A stretch of DNA of 64,000 nt from Bacteroidota bacterium. Lineage in GTDB: Bacteria > Bacteroidota > Ignavibacteria > Kapaibacteriales > Kapaibacteriaceae. Under the pieces are notes generated by a model. The model searched no databases. It was not told the DNA's origin and saw only the letters and a program-made list of their open reading frames with translations. Numbering within the stretch: the first letter of the stretch is position 1; every line of letters begins with the position of its first letter. This document shows positions 59,106 to 64,000 of the stretch, piece by piece. The position numbers and the translations under genes are program-made. Location of the stretch: assembly GCA_041170435.1 (NCBI GenBank), contig JBEAYU010000072.1, positions 6,509-70,508 of the forward strand, written 5' to 3'.

Positions 59106-60094
59106 GCGACAAACGCTCCCGATGACTTGATCGACTGTGGAGGAACGGTTTGACTGCAATCTGCAATTGCCATCGGACAGCGGGTGCGAAAACCACAGCC
59201 GCTCGGCTTACTGAGCGGCGTCGGAATATCACCCTGCAGCACGATCCGTTTCTTCTCACGACGCGTCGGGTCAGGTTCCGGAACGGCCGAGAGCAGTGCT
59301 CGCGTGTACGGATGCGTCGGCTCGAAATACACGCTGTCAGCCGAACCGATCTCGACCATGCTGCCGAGATACATCACGGCGATACGCTGCGAGATATGAT
59401 ACACCACCGACAGGTCGTGCGCGATGAACAGGTAGGACATGCCGAACTCCTTCTGCAGGTCCTCCATGAGATTAATCACCTGGGCCTGCACCGACACGTC
59501 GAGCGCCGAGACGGGCTCATCACAAATGATCAGATCAGGATTGGTCGAGAGTGACCGGGCAATGCCGATGCGCTGGCGCTGGCCCCCTGAGAACTCATGC
59601 GGGTAGCGTCCTGCATACTCGGGCTGAAGTCCCACACGTTCGAGAAGCCACATCACCTTGTCATCGATCTCGGCACGAGACATTTCCGGGTGATGGATCT
59701 CAAGGGGCTCACCCACGATCTGCTTGACCGACATGCGGGCATTGAGCGACGAATATGGGTCCTGGAAGATCATCTGGATCTTGGAGCGATACCGAACCAT
59801 GTCGCTCTTGGACAAGGCAAGAAGATCGGTTCGCGTGCCATCCTTTTCTACATAGATCACTTCGCCATCGATCTCAACGCCCGGGGAGATGTGACGAAGG
59901 ATGTTGATCAGAGCACGTCCGACCGTGGTCTTGCCGCATCCGGACTCACCGACAAGTCCCACCGTCTCGGCGCGATTGATGGTGAACGACACATCGTCCA
60001 CGGCGCGCACCTCGGCAACTTTCCGTTGGAAGACCCCGCCGTGGACCGGGAATCGCACGCTTAGGTTTTTGACTTCGAGAAGGGGCTGACTCAT
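59087..60094 (-). CDS. Oligopeptide/dipeptide ABC transporter ATP-binding protein (OppF/DppF-like)
   Basis: [38 protein letters not shown] and the C-terminal oligopeptide-type extension. The start overlaps the OppD-like stop (ATGA). Confidence 0.88.
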   Translation of the reverse strand: MSQPLLEVKNLSVRFPVHGGVFQRKVAEVRAVDDVSFTINRAETVGLVGESGCGKTTVGRALINILRHISPGVEIDGEVIYVEKDGTRTDLLALSKSDMVRYRSKIQMIFQDPYSSLNARMSVKQIVGEPLEIHHPEMSRAEIDDKVMWLLERVGLQPEYAGRYPHEFSGGQRQRIGIARSLSTNPDLIICDEPVSALDVSVQAQVINLMEDLQKEFGMSYLFIAHDLSVVYHISQRIAVMYLGSMVEIGSADSVYFEPTHPYTRALLSAVPEPDPTRREKKRIVLQGDIPTPLSKPSGCGFRTRCPMAIADCSQTVPPQSIKSSGAFVACPLVD

Positions 60095-61092
60095 TGCTGG
60101 ACTCCTTCCGGTTCGACCAGGTGGCATCGCACGACATGACCGGGTGAAACCTCCCGCAGCTCAGGCTCTTGCGTGTCACAGATGTCGATCTTGCGTTCGC
60201 ATCGCGTGCAGAACTTACAGCCGGCCGGCAAGTTCATGATGCTCGGCACGTTTCCGGGAATGGCCTTGAGTCGTTCATGGCCCTTGCGCTCCCGAGACGG
60301 ACGCGGGATCGAGGCCATCAGGCCCTGGGTATAGGGATGCATCGGGTTGGCAAAGAGTTCTTCGACCGAGGCCACTTCCTGGATCTTGCCACCGTACATG
60401 ACGATCACGCGCTGACACATTTCGGCGACCACCGCAAGGTCGTGCGTGATGAGCACGATGGCCGCTTCACTGCGACGTTGCTTCAGCTCCATCATAAGGT
60501 CCAGGATCTGCGCCTGGATCGTCACATCCAAGGCCGTCGTCGGCTCGTCGGCGATGAGCACCGACGGATTACAGGCCAGAGCAATGGCGATCATCACGCG
60601 CTGGCGCATGCCCCCTGAAAACTGATGCGGATAGTCGCTGACGCGCCGCTCTGCATCGGGAATGCCAACGGCACGGAGCATCTCAACGGCCTTCTCGGCG
60701 GCCTCCTGCTCGGTGCACTTTGTATGGGCCTGAACGACCTCGGCGATCTGCATTCCGATCGGGAACACGGGATTGAGAGACGTCATCGGCTCCTGGAAGA
60801 TCATGGCGATCTCTTTGCCGCGGATCGAGTACATCTCCTCGTACGACAGCGATACGATATCGCGCCCCTTGAAGTGGATCTCTCCGCCCATGATCCTACC
60901 TGGCGGATCAGGGATGAGCTTCATGAGCGACAACGCCGTGACGGACTTACCGGAGCCCGACTCGCCCACAATGCCGAGCACCTCGCCACTGTAGATGTCG
61001 AAAGACACTCCGTCCACGGCCTTGGCCCACGTTCCTTCAATGTTGAAGTACGTCTTGAGGTCTTTGACTTCGACGAGTTTTTCCTGTGACAC
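60091..61092 (-). CDS. Oligopeptide/dipeptide ABC transporter ATP-binding protein (OppD/DppD-like)
   Basis: [26 protein letters not shown] and [14 protein letters not shown] start. Confidence 0.88.
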   Translation of the reverse strand: MSQEKLVEVKDLKTYFNIEGTWAKAVDGVSFDIYSGEVLGIVGESGSGKSVTALSLMKLIPDPPGRIMGGEIHFKGRDIVSLSYEEMYSIRGKEIAMIFQEPMTSLNPVFPIGMQIAEVVQAHTKCTEQEAAEKAVEMLRAVGIPDAERRVSDYPHQFSGGMRQRVMIAIALACNPSVLIADEPTTALDVTIQAQILDLMMELKQRRSEAAIVLITHDLAVVAEMCQRVIVMYGGKIQEVASVEELFANPMHPYTQGLMASIPRPSRERKGHERLKAIPGNVPSIMNLPAGCKFCTRCERKIDICDTQEPELREVSPGHVVRCHLVEPEGVQQ

Positions 61093-61128
61093 GAATTCGT
61101 TCCGATGGTTCGGTGAAAGTGAGAACGA

Positions 61129-62253
61129 TTAGCGAAGTCGCGAGAACACCTTCGGATCGAAGGCCTCGCGAATTCCTTCTCCAATGAAGACAACGAGCGT
61201 GAGCGTAATGAACATGGCACTAAATGGCACAACGACCAGCCAGTACCGGGTGATGTTTGCCAGACCGACATTGATCATCTGTCCCCACGACGGCGTCGGA
61301 GGGGGCAGGCCAAACCCGAGATAGTCGAGCGACACCAGCGCACTGATTCCCCCAACGAGTGCAAATGGGAAGAATGTGATGATCGGCACCAGCGTGTTGG
61401 GCAGAATGTGCTTGAGGATGATCGAGCGAGTTGGTACTCCGATCGAGATGGCCGCCGCGACATAGTCGCGCAAACGCTCTCGGTAGAACTGTGCCCGCAT
61501 CTGGGCAGCAATGCCCATCCAAGAGAAGATCACCAAGAGGAAGACCAAGAGCGTGAAGGTGGGGTTGACGAACGACACGATGATGATGATCAGGAACAGG
61601 AACGGCAGCGCCGTCCAGATCTCCATGAATCGCTGCATAAGCAGGTCAAACACCCCGCCGAAGTACCCCATCATGGCACCAATGGGGATGCCGATGAGAT
61701 ATTCCAGGATGGCGATCAGAATCGCGAACGACATTGACACCTGAAAACCATAGGCCATGCGTGCCAGCACGTCACGCCCATTATCATCAGTGCCAAACAG
61801 GCGCATGGCTCCGTTGCCATCCTCAGAAAACGGTTCGAGGAAACTCTCATTTCCCTCGACCCCAATGTCCTCATTCGGGCTGAACGGATACAGCGGCATG
61901 ATGATGAAGTTCTCACTCCCCTGCTCGTCCCACCGCGCCTTGAGCTCACGGTAGTTCGCCTCGCCCTGATTGCCCACCTCTCCGTATTGTTCGGCCGGAT
62001 CGAAGCTCGACGGAGCGATGGCCGAGACCAGAGGCAGCGAGGCCAGAAAGTCGCGTCCAGCCGGAGAGTACCACTGCCCTTCATAGCTGATGAGCAAGGC
62101 CTTGTTGTTCACCAACAGCGGGAGGAAGAACGACAGTGCGTAGGCCGAAAGCAGGATGACCATCGAGTAGTAGCCTCGACGCATGCCCTTGAACTTGCGC
62201 CAGCGGCGCTGATTGATCGATAGAGAACTCGATGAAGGGGCTGCCATGATCAA
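61129..62253 (-). CDS. Peptide ABC transporter permease (OppC/DppC-like)
   Basis: The BPD_transp_1 core contains AAISIGVPTRSIILKHILPN. Start is TTG 62253 (overlapping the upstream stop) or ATG 62247. Confidence 0.85.
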   Translation of the reverse strand: MIMAAPSSSSLSINQRRWRKFKGMRRGYYSMVILLSAYALSFFLPLLVNNKALLISYEGQWYSPAGRDFLASLPLVSAIAPSSFDPAEQYGEVGNQGEANYRELKARWDEQGSENFIIMPLYPFSPNEDIGVEGNESFLEPFSEDGNGAMRLFGTDDNGRDVLARMAYGFQVSMSFAILIAILEYLIGIPIGAMMGYFGGVFDLLMQRFMEIWTALPFLFLIIIIVSFVNPTFTLLVFLLVIFSWMGIAAQMRAQFYRERLRDYVAAAISIGVPTRSIILKHILPNTLVPIITFFPFALVGGISALVSLDYLGFGLPPPTPSWGQMINVGLANITRYWLVVVPFSAMFITLTLVVFIGEGIREAFDPKVFSRLR

Positions 62254-63488
62254 GAGAAGCGAATGCGTGGATCGACCAGCGCGAGCATGAAGTCAGAAAT
62301 GATCGAACCGATAAGGTTGATCGTGATCGTGATAACGGCAAAGGCGAAGGCAACGTTGGTATCACGCGTTCCAATGGCCTCGAACGAGAGTCGTCCGATC
62401 CCATCAATGTTGAACGCCGTTTCCACCAGATAGCCCCCTGCCAAGAAGATGCCGATGACGCCGCCGATGGAGGCCACGAGTGGAATGATGGAGTTGCGCA
62501 TGGCATGCAGCCAGATCACGCGGTCCTCACGCAGCCCCTTTGCATAGGCGGTCCGAACGAAGTCCTGACCAAGCGTTTCCATGAGCGAGTTCTTCATCAG
62601 CAACGTGATGGAGGCGAACCCACCGAGCGTGTAGGCCACCGTGGGCAGAACGAAGTACCATGCACGGTCGATGATCTGTTCCATGGCCGAGAGCTCTGCG
62701 TAGTCGCCCGACTGGAAGCCACCTGTCGGAAAGAGATCGATGCCCGAGCCACCACCGAGGATCACCAGCAGCACGCCGCCGAGGGCCCAACCGGGCACGG
62801 AGAATGCGATAAAGACGATGCTCGACGAAACGACGTCAAACCGACTACCGTGGCGCAGGGCCTTTTGTGTGCCGAGGTAGAAGCAGACCACGTACGTGAT
62901 CACGAAACTCATCAACCCGAACTGCATCGAAACCGGTAGACGTTCACTGATAAGTTCGGTGACGGGCTTGCGGTACCGGAACGAGTCGCCAAAGTCAGCC
63001 GTGAAGATCCCGGCCACTTCGCGTTGGTACAACCACACGCTATTGGGCTTCTGCGACGGATCCACAAACCAGTCCTCAAGTGGCTTGCCGGGATCACTGA
63101 CGGCATAGACCATGATCTGTCCGCTGGCAGGGTCCTTCCGGGGAATGACGCGCAGACCGGAGCCAACGTTGCGTTCTTCTCCGAGTACGGCAAGGTAGTC
63201 GTTGACCGGACGCGGGAACAGGCCCAGCCACATGAGGTAGCGCTTCCAGATAGGTTCATTCACCTGGTAGTAGCGCTGCAGGGCTTCGAGCTGACTTGGC
63301 GGGATGGACATCGACTCGGTTCCGAGTGCCGAGCCACCGCCCTCAGCCCCCTGCCCTTTGCGAAGGGCATTGAGCTGTTGATCATACGGTCCGCCCGGAG
63401 CAAACTGCACGATGAAGAACACGACGAAGGTGGCGCCCAAGAACGTTGGGATCGCCAGCAGCAGACGACGGATGATATACTGGAGCAT
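62250..63488 (-). CDS. Peptide ABC transporter permease (OppB/DppB-like) with a large periplasmic insertion
   Basis: MLQYIIRRLLLAIPTFLGATFVVFFIV and DFVRTAYAKGLREDRVIWLHAMRNSIIPL. Confidence 0.85.
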   Translation of the reverse strand: MLQYIIRRLLLAIPTFLGATFVVFFIVQFAPGGPYDQQLNALRKGQGAEGGGSALGTESMSIPPSQLEALQRYYQVNEPIWKRYLMWLGLFPRPVNDYLAVLGEERNVGSGLRVIPRKDPASGQIMVYAVSDPGKPLEDWFVDPSQKPNSVWLYQREVAGIFTADFGDSFRYRKPVTELISERLPVSMQFGLMSFVITYVVCFYLGTQKALRHGSRFDVVSSSIVFIAFSVPGWALGGVLLVILGGGSGIDLFPTGGFQSGDYAELSAMEQIIDRAWYFVLPTVAYTLGGFASITLLMKNSLMETLGQDFVRTAYAKGLREDRVIWLHAMRNSIIPLVASIGGVIGIFLAGGYLVETAFNIDGIGRLSFEAIGTRDTNVAFAFAVITITINLIGSIISDFMLALVDPRIRFS

Positions 63489-63497
63489 GCCGCGTTC

Positions 63498-64000
63498 TTA
63501 CTTGCCGTCCTTGAAATCACGCCAGAAGCGGAACTCGGTCACGCCCTTGTTGCCACCAACATCCTTTTTGCCTTTCTGGGCTTCGGCAAGGGCATCTGCC
63601 TTATCGGGGTCATACCACCAGGACAGGCCGGCGGTGCCGTAGATGTAGCTTAGTTGCGTATAGCGGGGCACTCCGTATTCAGGCATGCCGAACTTGTCCC
63701 AGACAGCCAGGCGGATGCCCTTTGGATTCCACCAGTGACTCTTCATGTGGGAATCATAGACGATACGATCGATCTCCTTGATGATCTTGATCTGTTCGGC
63801 CACACTGAAAGTAGAGTCATAGATCGGCAGGAGCTCATCGACCCGGGCGTTCTTGAATCCTTGGATGTTGTTGTTGTCGTTCTTATCGGCCAGGGAGCTC
63901 TGCAGCGAGGTCTCAGGATTCGGCGTCAGAAGTCCGGAGTAGCCGTAGCTGAAGATCTGGAAGTTGCGCTCATCGATGTTCTTGATGATGGAATTGAAGT
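63498..64000 (-). CDS. Peptide ABC transporter substrate-binding protein (family 5 SBP); C-terminal part only, gene runs off the right edge
   Basis: I followed the frame upstream of the listed GTG to position 64000 with no stop: ...NARVDELLPIYDSTFSVAEQIKIIKEIDRIVYD... This is the typical SBP_bac_5 C-terminal region. Confidence 0.7.
   Translation of the reverse strand, partial: FNSIIKNIDERNFQIFSYGYSGLLTPNPETSLQSSLADKNDNNNIQGFKNARVDELLPIYDSTFSVAEQIKIIKEIDRIVYDSHMKSHWWNPKGIRLAVWDKFGMPEYGVPRYTQLSYIYGTAGLSWWYDPDKADALAEAQKGKKDVGGNKGVTEFRFWRDFKDGK

Overview
GC-rich bacterial chromosomal segment with about 56 protein genes, one tmRNA, and no rRNA or tRNA. I saw no CRISPR array, transposase, integrase or prophage genes. 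Most content is housekeeping: uvrA, rpmB, recA, dnaE, ispH, cmk, secG, methylmalonyl-CoA mutase, a Kgd/OdhA-type fused 2-oxoglutarate dehydrogenase, an acyl-CoA carboxyltransferase, PhnCE and an Opp/Dpp-type ABC transporter. Several markers point to the FCB superphylum (Bacteroidota/Ignavibacteriota/Chlorobiota-like): a T9SS C-terminal sorting domain, a PD40-OmpA periplasmic module, TAnnTTTG -7-type boxes and a YumC/Chlorobium-type FNR. The exact taxon cannot be named from the sequence alone. Five things deserve a second look. (1) A translationally coupled four-gene minus-strand module at 43.6-48.8 kb encodes a PDS-like flavoprotein, a 7-TM protein with a PaxB/Pyr4-like motif, a 6-TM class III adenylate cyclase and an HD-YitT fusion. 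(2) A single 726-codon frame fuses RecX to a TM segment, PD40 repeats and an OmpA-like domain, directly after recA. (3) The octamer AAGGGGCT/AGCCCCTT and its 5-G variant are strongly over-represented, in several reading frames and sometimes as inverted pairs. (4) A family of tandem heptanucleotide repeats (core CACCTGT) fills the dnaE leader and flanks the tmRNA gene. (5) The Kgd-type E1/E2 fusion sits in a non-actinobacterial context. All function calls come from motif recognition in the supplied translations. No database search was possible.
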